A stretch of DNA of 51,627 nucleotides from a virus (taxonomy: Duplodnaviria > Caudoviricetes), in IMG/VR virus record IMGVR_UViG_3300017913_002163, positions 1-51,627 of that record; one strand, written 5' to 3'. How positions within the stretch are numbered: position 1 is the first letter of the stretch; every line of letters starts with the position of its first letter. Positions 1-9,355 of this stretch are shown piece after piece. The translations under genes were made by a program, and so were the position numbers. The notes under the pieces were generated by a model that worked only from the letters and a program-made list of their open reading frames with translations, searched no databases and had not been told where the DNA came from.

Positions 1-140
1 AGCAATGTATCTTCATTGACCAGATCTCTCGGAAGATAGTACAAATCCTGACCATAGATCTTCAGAGACTCGATAACGAGATCTTCATAAAGCTCCATTT
101 CGGATCTGACTTTTTCTGAGAAATAACGATTACGAGCCAT
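1..140 (-). CDS. gp14: Neck protein gp14 (5' part only; runs off the window)
   Basis: Hand translation from ATG at 140: MARNRYFSEKVRSEMELYEDLVIESLKIYGQDLYYLPRDLV, the typical T4-like gp14 N-terminus; directly follows gp13. Confidence 0.9.
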   Translation of the reverse strand, partial: MARNRYFSEKVRSEMELYEDLVIESLKIYGQDLYYLPRDLVNEDTL

Positions 141-144
141 TAGG

Positions 145-900
145 TTATCCTATAAAGAAATCAGTTGGCATTTCCCAATTCATTCGTATTTCTTCTTTAA
201 GCCTTTCGATATCTGCTCGTGCATCGTCATAGAGTTGACGACCGTTAAATGTAACACCACCTGGAAGCTGAACCCCTTCGAATTTCAAAAGGTTCATACC
301 CCATTGTTCTTTGAATAATGCTGTAGTATATTCTTTCAGCCACTGATCATTCCAAACACTCGAATGATTTTCTTCATCTACTTTGATATACGCTTCCATG
401 ACTACGTAGTCATCAACTTCAATATCTCCATCGGCAAAGTCACCGAAGATGTACAAACGATTCTGATGACGTGATGCACTAACCTGTACAGTACCATTCA
501 ACTTCATATCAAGAAGAGAGAGATACTGCTGCATCTGTTCGTAATAAGCCAGATCTCCAGCAAAGTTTTGTAGGTCTGCAATATCATTTAACATCATCTG
601 ATATTTGATATCAAAGAAATTAAATGAAGTGCCGAATGATGAAGACATCGGAAAGAGTCTTGTGACAGACAAGACATTAGAAGGGATTGGGATATACTCG
701 TTTGTCTTATCTGTAGTAGTGACTTGATGCTTAAGGTAACCACGATATACAGCATCTGAATGATACTGTTGCCAGTACTGAAGCGCTTCGTCCACACGAT
801 CTTCGTACTGATCGTCGTCGACGTTTATCTCGAGAACCGGATCTCCAAGTCGCCGTTTACAGTAATCTATGAGATCTTGTCTCGATGCTGGTACTGCCAT
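145..900 (-). CDS. gp13: Neck protein gp13
   Basis: P.SR..LIDYC.RRLG.PV.EINV N-terminus and KEQWGMNLLKFEGVQLPGGVTFNG...FFIG C-terminus are characteristic of gp13. Confidence 0.93.
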   Translation of the reverse strand: MAVPASRQDLIDYCKRRLGDPVLEINVDDDQYEDRVDEALQYWQQYHSDAVYRGYLKHQVTTTDKTNEYIPIPSNVLSVTRLFPMSSSFGTSFNFFDIKYQMMLNDIADLQNFAGDLAYYEQMQQYLSLLDMKLNGTVQVSASRHQNRLYIFGDFADGDIEVDDYVVMEAYIKVDEENHSSVWNDQWLKEYTTALFKEQWGMNLLKFEGVQLPGGVTFNGRQLYDDARADIERLKEEIRMNWEMPTDFFIG

Positions 901-932
901 AGATAGTCTCCGAAGTTAAAATATTCTAAGAC

Positions 933-940
933 TATTTATA
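933..940 (-). promoter_or_regulatory. T4-type late promoter TATAAATA
   Basis: Exact TATAAATA on the minus strand, about 30 nt upstream of the gp13 start. Confidence 0.8.
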
Positions 941-945
941 TGTTT

Positions 946-3495
946 TTATAATTCAAACTCTGCGGTGGGTGCTGTAAAGTTGGCAGTGTAACGTGCATGA
1001 CCTTTTGTAAGTCTAAAGTCTTGTAAGTAACCATTAAAATAACTTCCATTGCCACCATTCTCTGTTCTATAACCGTAACCTATCCTAAGAGAACAATTTG
1101 CTGAATATGTTACACCTGATGTACTGATAGTAGATCCTACTTGAGTTCCATCAACAAAGACTCTCATATTGTTTCCTTCTCTAGCGATTGCAACATGATA
1201 CCATTGACTGTTATTCGGAGAAGATATTACCGAAAAACCTTGCGTAACACCCCAAGTTGAACCATTTGAAGAACTATAAAGAAGCCACTCAGCATTATAA
1301 TAATAAAACAATAATGGACCAAATCGAGTTGTAGTAGGGCATATTTCAAAAATACTATCTCCAGTCCCTGGAGTTGAAGATTGGTAAAACCAAAATTCAA
1401 CTGTAAAATCACTAGAACTTAATACTATATCATTATCTGGACGTGAAACTATTTCGTCATCTCCGTCAAATACAATAGAAGAAGAAGTATTAAATTTTCT
1501 TTGAGTAGTGGATGATGTCGGACTATATAGTTGTATTCTGGTGGTTGCAGAAGCATCATAGATATTTGCATCTGATTTATTATTCATTAGCAATGAAGTA
1601 TTAGTAATATGACTTAATGGTGCCGTAGGTGGAGTGAAGTCTGATGTGTAAACAGCACTACCTTTCACAATTCTGAGACCGTGAATATATCCATTGAAAT
1701 ACTGACTGTTCGCACCACCATCATCACCAATATAAAGAGACGCAGAAACGCTGTAGTTCGCAGTATCGGACGCAGTGCTGCCTGTTTGTGTCCCATCAAT
1801 ATACATTTTTGTATTAGAACTAGAGCGAACAACTGCAATGTGATGCCATTCACCAGTAGAAGGAGCAGCAGTTGCAGTTACAACATCAGCAACGCCATAT
1901 TTTCTCCAAACAAACCCTGCAGAATACTTTCCTAACCACATACCACCACTGGCAGCATGTGATAGAATATTATAACTTCCGTCATCTCCATCTAAATATA
2001 TCCAACACTCTACCGTAAAGTCACCAGTTCCCATATCTAAAGAGGTGTCATCTGCAGCAGTTAAATAGTCACCACTACCATCAAAATATACAGAACCACC
2101 ATGATCATCTGCAGCCCATGGTTCATAATCATATGGGCCAAATGGATAAGTTCCGTCTACACCTGATAAAGTTAGTGCATGTGTACTTGATGAAATGTCT
2201 GCAATGTACGGAGTACCACCAACTAAAAGTTTAGTGTTTGTTACAGCAGTAAGTGCTTCTGTTGGTACCGTAATTGTTGTATCAGCAGGATCGTATATGG
2301 AAGAACCGTTTACTAGACGAACATCTCTAAAGTACATTTGAGTGCCTTCAGTGCCGTTACCAGTATGACCTATATAAGCATAAGTATTACCACTTCCTAT
2401 ATCAGTGCTAGCACCATATGAAGCATTGTTTGCTATTCTTGTTCCGTTATAATAAAGAGCAATCGCCCCACCTTTTCTAACTACCGCAACATGATTCCAC
2501 TGCTCTTTATCCCATGTTGTAGACGATATGAGTTTTCTGCTCGCGTTGCTACCACCATCACCCCAATATACTGTGATATAATCAGAATGATCATTATCGT
2601 CTGGTATTACACCAAATGATTGAGCGGTGTTATAATAAGCGCCTAATCCCATTAAACGAGGATAACTCACAAATGAATGACTAGTAGGAACATAGAACCA
2701 TCCTTCATAGCACCAATCATTTGTATCTAAGTCAAAATCTGAAGAACTACCTGTATAGATTCTATCGCCTGCAGCACCAAAGTAAATGCTATATCCACCA
2801 GAACGATGCGGCGTAAATGTAGTTGCATGTGGTGTACCAGCTTCAGTAAATCCCGTAGATGTATCAGATGAGTTTTGATATGTAATAGCTGAATTGTTTG
2901 CGCCGTTACCATCAGCTTTCATTAGAAATATAGTTTCAGCCGATGAATCAACGACATTTGTAAATGATAAACTGAATGATAAAGCTTCGTTATCTACAGC
3001 AATCTGATCGGTTGCTTTAAACGTTAAAGTAAAGTCACCAGCTACACCACCTGAGTCAGCAGACAAAGCAGTAATCGTAAACACACTCGAGTCTTGAGAT
3101 ACACTTGTACCTGTTCCAACCATATTACCATCAGATTCGACAGAGAAAGATATAATATCTTGATTATCATCAGAATCACTGGCAGATGCAGTAACAGTCA
3201 CAGTTAAAGTATCACCATTCAATTCAATTGTACCACTTTGATCGAGTGTTAGAGTAGGACTGGCATTAATCAATGCGACATTGTACCAACCAGATCCATT
3301 TGAGATATACAGTCTACCAGACGATTCAACCCATGCTTGATCACCAGAAGTTAATCCTGTCGAAGGTAAAGAATCAAGAGCGGTGTATACAGAAAGCCCT
3401 GCACTCTGTGCAATTGTGGTAACTTCGGCGGAGTCGAGGCCGTCTGCTCCAATAGCGGCATCCTGATTTTTTCTAAGTTCGCTGAGTAATGTCAT
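946..3495 (-). CDS. Tail fibre/receptor-binding protein with three LamG (concanavalin-A-like) domains
   Basis: Three repeats of DFTVE.W.Y...W.H.AVVR...Y.DG...F.GY....R..KG; Ig-like N-terminal part. Confidence 0.8.
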   Translation of the reverse strand: MTLLSELRKNQDAAIGADGLDSAEVTTIAQSAGLSVYTALDSLPSTGLTSGDQAWVESSGRLYISNGSGWYNVALINASPTLTLDQSGTIELNGDTLTVTVTASASDSDDNQDIISFSVESDGNMVGTGTSVSQDSSVFTITALSADSGGVAGDFTLTFKATDQIAVDNEALSFSLSFTNVVDSSAETIFLMKADGNGANNSAITYQNSSDTSTGFTEAGTPHATTFTPHRSGGYSIYFGAAGDRIYTGSSSDFDLDTNDWCYEGWFYVPTSHSFVSYPRLMGLGAYYNTAQSFGVIPDDNDHSDYITVYWGDGGSNASRKLISSTTWDKEQWNHVAVVRKGGAIALYYNGTRIANNASYGASTDIGSGNTYAYIGHTGNGTEGTQMYFRDVRLVNGSSIYDPADTTITVPTEALTAVTNTKLLVGGTPYIADISSSTHALTLSGVDGTYPFGPYDYEPWAADDHGGSVYFDGSGDYLTAADDTSLDMGTGDFTVECWIYLDGDDGSYNILSHAASGGMWLGKYSAGFVWRKYGVADVVTATAAPSTGEWHHIAVVRSSSNTKMYIDGTQTGSTASDTANYSVSASLYIGDDGGANSQYFNGYIHGLRIVKGSAVYTSDFTPPTAPLSHITNTSLLMNNKSDANIYDASATTRIQLYSPTSSTTQRKFNTSSSIVFDGDDEIVSRPDNDIVLSSSDFTVEFWFYQSSTPGTGDSIFEICPTTTRFGPLLFYYYNAEWLLYSSSNGSTWGVTQGFSVISSPNNSQWYHVAIAREGNNMRVFVDGTQVGSTISTSGVTYSANCSLRIGYGYRTENGGNGSYFNGYLQDFRLTKGHARYTANFTAPTAEFEL

Positions 3496-3496
3496 A

Positions 3497-6400
3497 TTAG
3501 TTCTCTATCAGTATCCATCCTTGAGCTGCATTATAGTATACAAATCCGACAGCGGCTCTATTAACGTCGATTGTAAAGTTATCTGACGCACCTTGAATTT
3601 TGTTACCGTTTCTATTTATTACGATATTATTTGATGCAGCATTTCCTGTACCATCAATAATTCTGATTTCATCACCGAATACTGGACTTGCAGGGAATGT
3701 TACGGTAATCGATCCACCTGAACAATCGATAATGTTCTTAGTGTTTGATTCAACAGAAACACTCGAAGTTCTCTCTGTCCACTTAGTATTTTTACTTGCA
3801 GAAAATGCCGAGATAAGAATATCATCACCGGAATCTGCTGCCTCTGTAAGTGTTACAGAACTTCCGTTTGTTGCAGTATAGTCTGTTTCTCTAAGGAGAA
3901 TACCGTTAACGTGAACCTGTATAGCACCTGATGAATACGCCAGTGTAGAGCTATTATCGTCTGCGCCACTAAATGCGGTTTGGCCGGAGTCTGCAGTATA
4001 TTCAAAGGTGTTTATGGTAGGAGTAACAACCTGTCCCCTACGTGTAGTAATTGTAAGTAGGTCTGCAGAATCTGCGTCATTTACCAATGTAACAGAATTA
4101 CTATCGATAGAATAGTCGGCTGTTTCAGAAAGCAGAACACCGTTTAAGAATACGTCGATATTATCGGTTGTGGTATTTAATATAAGAGAAATACCGTCGT
4201 CATCATTACCACTTACATAAGTATCACCTGAATCCAACGTATATTCGAATTTAGCTTCGGTATAGAGAAGAGTCTCTGCTTTACCTACATTTTCAACAAT
4301 AGTAACATTATAACCAGAATCAATTTCTTCTGTCATTGTCAAGGTTGTAGAAGTCAACGTGTAGTCGACTGTTTCTATCATTAAGATACCATTGACGAAT
4401 ACTAAAGAATTGTCAGGTTCTACACTTAGAGTTGTGCCATTATCGTCTGCACCTGTAAATACAGTATCACCGGAATCTGCTTCATACGTAAAGACATTAC
4501 GTTTAATAGTATTGCTTGTACTACCAAGCTCATCGGCGATTATTGACCTTACTTCAGAAGAGTCTGTGCCACCGCCACCGCTGACGCCGGCGTCAGCTTC
4601 TCTCGCAGCTACATAATCAGAATCGATAAGAGCAATAATGGCTGAAGAGTCAAGTCCTGATCCACCGCCTGAATTTGCCTCACGAAGAGCAACATACGCA
4701 CTATCGACAGTTGCTTCAATCAATGCAATAGTAGCGGCAGAATCTGTACCACCGCTTGCGGAGCGCGCTGCAACATAGGCGGAATCGATAATAAGTTCTA
4801 CTTGTGCACTATCAACAAAATCAGTGCCAAGAGCAGGAATCGTAGGAGTACCAGTCAGTGAGCCGTATGCCCCATCAAAGATCTCACTCTGATTTGCCAG
4901 TCTTACCCAGTTACCTGCATGTGCGAAGTAACCTGCTCCTGTGCCGTGTACGTGAGCAAACATACCATGATAGGTTGATGCTGAAGGAAGATCACCTTCC
5001 GCAGAATACACGTTTGAATAAAGGATCTTATTCGAACCAAAATCAATATCTGAATCACCGATACGTGTACGTGCTCTAATATAGTCAGAATCGATCAGAG
5101 CAATTGTTTCAATAGAATCCAGTAGTAACTGAAGAGCAACGCCAGAATCAATTGCGTTAGCTGTAATCAGTTTAATTGCTTCAGCTGAGTCAATAAAGTC
5201 TGTACCAAGAGCTGGTATTGTCGGAGTACCTGTCAGAGAACCGTAAGCATAATCTTGTCTCAGTTGGACGTAAGCTGAATCAACCACACCTTCAACTGTT
5301 GTTGTAAAGTCAACAGCTACAGCATAGTTTGAATCATTACCTAGGAAGAATTGATTATTATCGAGGTTTGGTGTAGCATTTGTACGACCGGCACCGCCGA
5401 CTTTAATTGAACCAGCGGATCCATGTGATCTAATTACACGACCAATATTTTGTAAAAGATTACTTTCACCAGCCGGTTTTACATTTGTAAGCTCACCTGC
5501 TGTAGCAGAAACATAAAGCGTATCTCCAGCATTAAACGCTGAGGTATCTAGATTATAGAGAGTACCAAATGTGAAGACAATGGTATTCGCGTTATTGTTT
5601 GCGTCTTCTGATACAATACCAAATGCAGGCATCTTTGCAGGATCACTCGCATCGGCTTTAGCGACTGTAGGTTTATTACCGCTTACACCTTTGATATAAA
5701 CTACAGTACCTTTTGTGAGAGTAGATCCCTCATCATTCTTTGCAGTAAACTCAATCGCACCATTCAAATCTGCAGTTACGGTATTAAATGTTACATCTGA
5801 TGTTGTTAATAAGTCTTGATCAGTCTTTACACGTTGTCTTACGTATGCACTATCGATTAATCCAATAGTGTTATCAGAATCATAAGTTGTATAACCAGCA
5901 TCATTATTAAAAGATGAGACGTTAGTCGGTGCACCAGTTAACGATCCATAGGCGTAGTCTTGACGTGCTTGTACATAATCGCTATCGATCAGGTTAATTG
6001 CTTCAGCCGAATCGAGATAAAGATCTTTGACCAAGTTATCGATATAAGTTGAATCGATGATAGCAATGACTTCATCAGAATCAAGCTGACTCGCAACGTT
6101 TGAATCGATCTTATCTAAGAAGTACTGAGCATGATAGCCATCGAGAGTATCGGCATCTACGTTTAGTGCATCAACGAAAGATTTATCGACATCTGTAGTG
6201 ATGATGTTTGAGACGTCGACGTTATCGAGGATAAGAGGCTTATTAGTAACGTTAGTCCAATCTCTATAATAAGCTCCATTTTGTCCTTCTAAAGTATCTG
6301 CATCATTGCTCTGCCGCGCTTGAATATAAGCAGAGTCAATAAATGCAGTGAGCTCGCTACTATCAAAGTTATTAGCATTGATGAGTTCGATAACTTCTGC

Positions 6401-6850
6401 TGAGTCCAAGATAGTTGGAACGTTATAGAGGTTATTGAAGTTGTTATAGTAATTCGGCAGTAGGCCACCGAGAGTATCAGCATCAATCGTTAAGCTATTG
6501 ATATATGCAGCATTGATACGAGCTTGTACATAAGCAGAGTCAATCAGGTTAATTGCTTCGGCGGAATCGAGGAAGAGATCAGGATCGATTCGAGCATTAA
6601 CGTAATCAGAGTCAACAAGTACCAGTATTTCGCTTGAATCAAGTTGAGAGCGCGCGATGACTTCAACAGCATTTGCTATCGACTCGACTCGTGCAGAGTC
6701 AACGAATGCTTTTATCTGATTCGAACTATTTTTATAGTAGATCTTGCCATCATTATAGTTGATCGCGATTTCGCCGTATTCGAGATCCCCTACTTGTGGC
6801 GCACGACCCGATATGGCGGATCGTTTGAGTAGTACCTTTGGTGTTGCCAT
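3497..6850 (-). CDS. Long tail-fibre protein with Asp-Ser repeats
   Basis: N-terminal LKRS...P..GDL.YGEIAIN..DGKIYYK fibre head motif; repeated DSxExIxLIDSxYV; three F.Y.ADSG.T...NG.L....DY domains; C-terminal IDCSGGSITVTFPASP..GDEI.IID fibre domain. Confidence 0.8.
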   Translation of the reverse strand: MATPKVLLKRSAISGRAPQVGDLEYGEIAINYNDGKIYYKNSSNQIKAFVDSARVESIANAVEVIARSQLDSSEILVLVDSDYVNARIDPDLFLDSAEAINLIDSAYVQARINAAYINSLTIDADTLGGLLPNYYNNFNNLYNVPTILDSAEVIELINANNFDSSELTAFIDSAYIQARQSNDADTLEGQNGAYYRDWTNVTNKPLILDNVDVSNIITTDVDKSFVDALNVDADTLDGYHAQYFLDKIDSNVASQLDSDEVIAIIDSTYIDNLVKDLYLDSAEAINLIDSDYVQARQDYAYGSLTGAPTNVSSFNNDAGYTTYDSDNTIGLIDSAYVRQRVKTDQDLLTTSDVTFNTVTADLNGAIEFTAKNDEGSTLTKGTVVYIKGVSGNKPTVAKADASDPAKMPAFGIVSEDANNNANTIVFTFGTLYNLDTSAFNAGDTLYVSATAGELTNVKPAGESNLLQNIGRVIRSHGSAGSIKVGGAGRTNATPNLDNNQFFLGNDSNYAVAVDFTTTVEGVVDSAYVQLRQDYAYGSLTGTPTIPALGTDFIDSAEAIKLITANAIDSGVALQLLLDSIETIALIDSDYIRARTRIGDSDIDFGSNKILYSNVYSAEGDLPSASTYHGMFAHVHGTGAGYFAHAGNWVRLANQSEIFDGAYGSLTGTPTIPALGTDFVDSAQVELIIDSAYVAARSASGGTDSAATIALIEATVDSAYVALREANSGGGSGLDSSAIIALIDSDYVAAREADAGVSGGGGTDSSEVRSIIADELGSTSNTIKRNVFTYEADSGDTVFTGADDNGTTLSVEPDNSLVFVNGILMIETVDYTLTSTTLTMTEEIDSGYNVTIVENVGKAETLLYTEAKFEYTLDSGDTYVSGNDDDGISLILNTTTDNIDVFLNGVLLSETADYSIDSNSVTLVNDADSADLLTITTRRGQVVTPTINTFEYTADSGQTAFSGADDNSSTLAYSSGAIQVHVNGILLRETDYTATNGSSVTLTEAADSGDDILISAFSASKNTKWTERTSSVSVESNTKNIIDCSGGSITVTFPASPVFGDEIRIIDGTGNAASNNIVINRNGNKIQGASDNFTIDVNRAAVGFVYYNAAQGWILIEN
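4550..6700 (-). repeat. Protein-level repeat DSx(E/A)xIxLIDSxYVxxR, about 9-10 copies
   Basis: Examples: LDSAEAINLIDSAYVQAR, LDSAEAINLIDSDYVQAR, LDSIETIALIDSDYIRAR, LDSSAIIALIDSDYVAAR; AYGSLTGTPTIPALGTDF occurs twice with different synonymous codons. Confidence 0.9.
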
Positions 6851-6879
6851 TTTCTCTTCCTAATAAGGATGCTTATGCA

Positions 6880-8655
6880 CTAAAAAGTGCCGCAATCGAT
6901 TGTATTAAGTTCTACGTTTCCTGATGTTACAACGAAGTCTTGTGAATCAAATGTAGCTACACCTGGATTCAGTGTTGATGCCAACTCTGTAGAAACAGTT
7001 AGTTGGTTTGTTCCGTCGTTATAGTTTAAGTCGATACCTTCACCTGCATGTAAGAGGGATGATACACGATCATCTACCCTTTCAGCTGTATAATATAAGT
7101 TTGTTCCTTCTGCCAAGTTAGTAGTTGACTTTGTAGCCAATCTATCATCAAAGCGAGTATTCGTATAATAGAGATTTGTTGAACCTTCTGGCAGATCATC
7201 TGTTGAAGCTAAGCCAAGATCACTGTCAAAGTTGGCTTTCGTATATATCTGCTCAACATCGATACTGAATACACCAGTCGATGAGTCATATGATAGATCG
7301 CCTTGAGCTGCGAAGTGTGCTCTTACTTCTGCTGCGCTTGGACCTGTATATACGAATTGACCTGTAGCCGAATCATAAGTGAGAGAACCATCGCCACCAG
7401 CATCGATCAATGCAATAGCATCTCTTACTCGTTGTTCAGTAAAGTAAAGCCTTGTACCTTCAGCGACATCAGTTGTGGTCTTTGTGGCAAGACGAGCATC
7501 GAAGGCTGAATCAACACGTGTTTGAGTATAATATAAGTTGTCACCTTCTGTCAGATTTGTTGTGGTGACAGTAGTTAACGCACTGTCCCAACGTGCTCTG
7601 GTGTAGTAAAGGTTATTATCACCTTCTGCTAAGCTGTCTGTCGTCTTCGCCGCAAAGTCAGAATCAAATCCTGTATATTGACCACTGATTTGGCCATTTA
7701 CAGTTATGCTGCCAGTGACATCGATGTTTGGTGCTTTGACATCTTTGTTAAAGTTCCACGTGTCAGTAGGATAATCCCACCAAATTTTAGCATTAGCAGC
7801 AGAAACAGTGATACCTGCAGAATCAGCTGCAGCAGCAGTTGCCGCTCCATCAGCAAGTACGATGTTCTTATCGTTGATAGTAAGCGTTTGAGAATTAACT
7901 GTAGTTGTAGTGCCTTCGACTTGTAGATCGCCTTGAATAATAACTTTACCTGCAGCTCCTACAGGAGTTGGATCAAGTACGAGGTCACCACTCGTAGTAC
8001 TAATCGTGTTGCCATCTATATTAACGTTATCTACGTTTAAGAAAGCAAGCTTGCGTACACTACTATCGAGATTGAACTTAAGATCAATGTTACCTAAACT
8101 AGGTGTTAATACGGTATTTAAGTTAAAACCACCAATGAGATGAAACTCATCATTTGGATCAAAAGCGTTTAATTGACTAACGTTATTGTCACCACGTATG
8201 TTAATCGTTTCTGCTCTTAAGAACCTTTTATTGACTGCATCTTGATCTTGTGTTGGATCAGCAACGTTGATAACACGATTGTTCGATACGTCGATAGTAT
8301 CGTTAAAACCATCGAGTGTAAGTGAACCAGAAGTTGATGTGATATCATTGCCATCAATAGTGATATCATCGACATTTAAGAGATCGATCTTATTGTTAGC
8401 ATCTGTGATGATAGCACTTAATGGTGCTAGATGACCACGTTTGTGGTCCATCATATTGGTATAGTAATCACCGCCAATGGTTATGGTTTCAGTAGATAAT
8501 TCCCCATAAGTACCAGTACCTATGAATATCCTTTGACCACCATCTGAATCTCCGTCAGCATTTGTATATGCTACTTCACCAGTGTATAATAATCCATCTT
8601 GTATTGTGGAAGTCGTATTACTGTATAATATGGCAAAGCGATTATCAGAAGCCAT
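6880..8655 (-). CDS. Tail-fibre protein with EGxNLYYT repeats
   Basis: VINVADPTQDQDAVNK and GDLQVEGTTTTVNS motifs common in marine phage fibres; five TT..L.EG..(N)LY(Y/F)T..R repeats; ends IDCGTF. Confidence 0.75.
   Translation of the reverse strand: MASDNRFAILYSNTTSTIQDGLLYTGEVAYTNADGDSDGGQRIFIGTGTYGELSTETITIGGDYYTNMMDHKRGHLAPLSAIITDANNKIDLLNVDDITIDGNDITSTSGSLTLDGFNDTIDVSNNRVINVADPTQDQDAVNKRFLRAETINIRGDNNVSQLNAFDPNDEFHLIGGFNLNTVLTPSLGNIDLKFNLDSSVRKLAFLNVDNVNIDGNTISTTSGDLVLDPTPVGAAGKVIIQGDLQVEGTTTTVNSQTLTINDKNIVLADGAATAAAADSAGITVSAANAKIWWDYPTDTWNFNKDVKAPNIDVTGSITVNGQISGQYTGFDSDFAAKTTDSLAEGDNNLYYTRARWDSALTTVTTTNLTEGDNLYYTQTRVDSAFDARLATKTTTDVAEGTRLYFTEQRVRDAIALIDAGGDGSLTYDSATGQFVYTGPSAAEVRAHFAAQGDLSYDSSTGVFSIDVEQIYTKANFDSDLGLASTDDLPEGSTNLYYTNTRFDDRLATKSTTNLAEGTNLYYTAERVDDRVSSLLHAGEGIDLNYNDGTNQLTVSTELASTLNPGVATFDSQDFVVTSGNVELNTIDCGTF
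7070..7650 (-). repeat. Five TTxxLxEGxNLYYTxxR protein repeats
   Basis: Seen in the translation of 6880..8655; one further copy is in 26806..28530. Confidence 0.85.
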
Positions 8656-8873
8656 TAGAATGTACCTCCAAAGATCTGAAGACCTTTAGGCTTCAACGTG
8701 CTTTCAAATTTACCAGAAACTTGATTAAATTGTAATATGTGATTTTGATCAACGCCGGTAGTATTGACGTCTGTTAGATCATTTATACCTTGAGCTTGAG
8801 CTCCAGTGACCTTACGTACAGGTGTCCCGATAATAACTCGGGCTATCTGGGTTCTAGTGGTATCTTCAGCCAT
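8655..8873 (-). CDS. Small virion/fibre-associated protein
   Basis: INDLTDVN....ILQFN fibre motif; ends FGGTF like its neighbour; translationally coupled. Confidence 0.6.
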   Translation of the reverse strand: MAEDTTRTQIARVIIGTPVRKVTGAQAQGINDLTDVNTTGVDQNHILQFNQVSGKFESTLKPKGLQIFGGTF

Positions 8874-8881
8874 GTGTTATC

Positions 8882-9235
8882 CTATGTGGTCACGGCTGGT
8901 GCAACTACTATCTTTCCCTCTAAAATCCGTTCAATGATGTCATTGTCATTACTATCGGTATATTGGATTTCGGCATCAAATACGTACCTACCTGAGCGCA
9001 ATGCGTCAGTTTGTGTGTTCGTCAATGAGAGTGTAATAATTCCATCAGCAGGTGGAGTGTTAATAGCAAAGGCGAAGGAGGTAGTATCATCACTGTCACT
9101 ATTGTAATTACGCTTCATAGTGGCAGCGCCGGTGTAACCGTCTAGATTTTTTGGGTTCCCTGATGCATCAACAAGATGAAGCTCTATGGCAACATCAGAA
9201 CCCTGATCTATTGTAAACTGTTCGTATTGGGCCAT
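8882..9235 (-). CDS. Virion structural protein (BppU-N-like fibre attachment domain)
   Basis: IDQGSD...NLDGYT...GIITLSLT..QT..L..GRYVFD.EI...RILEG...V.P.VT pattern common in T4-like marine phages. Confidence 0.7.
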   Translation of the reverse strand: MAQYEQFTIDQGSDVAIELHLVDASGNPKNLDGYTGAATMKRNYNSDSDDTTSFAFAINTPPADGIITLSLTNTQTDALRSGRYVFDAEIQYTDSNDNDIIERILEGKIVVAPAVTT

Positions 9236-9276
9236 CTATATCCCTCAATCGCTCTATGCTATGGTTTATTTTACTT

Positions 9277-9284
9277 TATTTATA
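9277..9284 (-). promoter_or_regulatory. T4-type late promoter for the fibre operon
   Basis: Exact TATAAATA on the minus strand, upstream of the 9235 start. Confidence 0.8.
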
Positions 9285-9293
9285 ATATATAGG

Positions 9294-9322
9294 TTTACAA
9301 GAAGTCGAAAATATGGTATAAT
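9294..9322 (+). promoter_or_regulatory. Sigma70-type (early) promoter of the enzyme island
   Basis: TTTACA-17 bp-TATAAT with extended -10 TG, followed by a GAGG RBS before ATG 9356. Confidence 0.8.
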
Positions 9323-9355
9323 ACATAGTATTCAGTTGAAGGGGACAGAGGATCC

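Noticed and set aside
4550-7650. CRISPR-like or nucleotide tandem array
   Set aside because: The repeats are in-frame protein repeats with degenerate codons; there are no identical DNA repeats with spacers.
946-8655. Diversity-generating retroelement acting on fibre genes
   Set aside because: No reverse transcriptase and no adenine-specific TR/VR pair seen; the repeats differ at synonymous positions.
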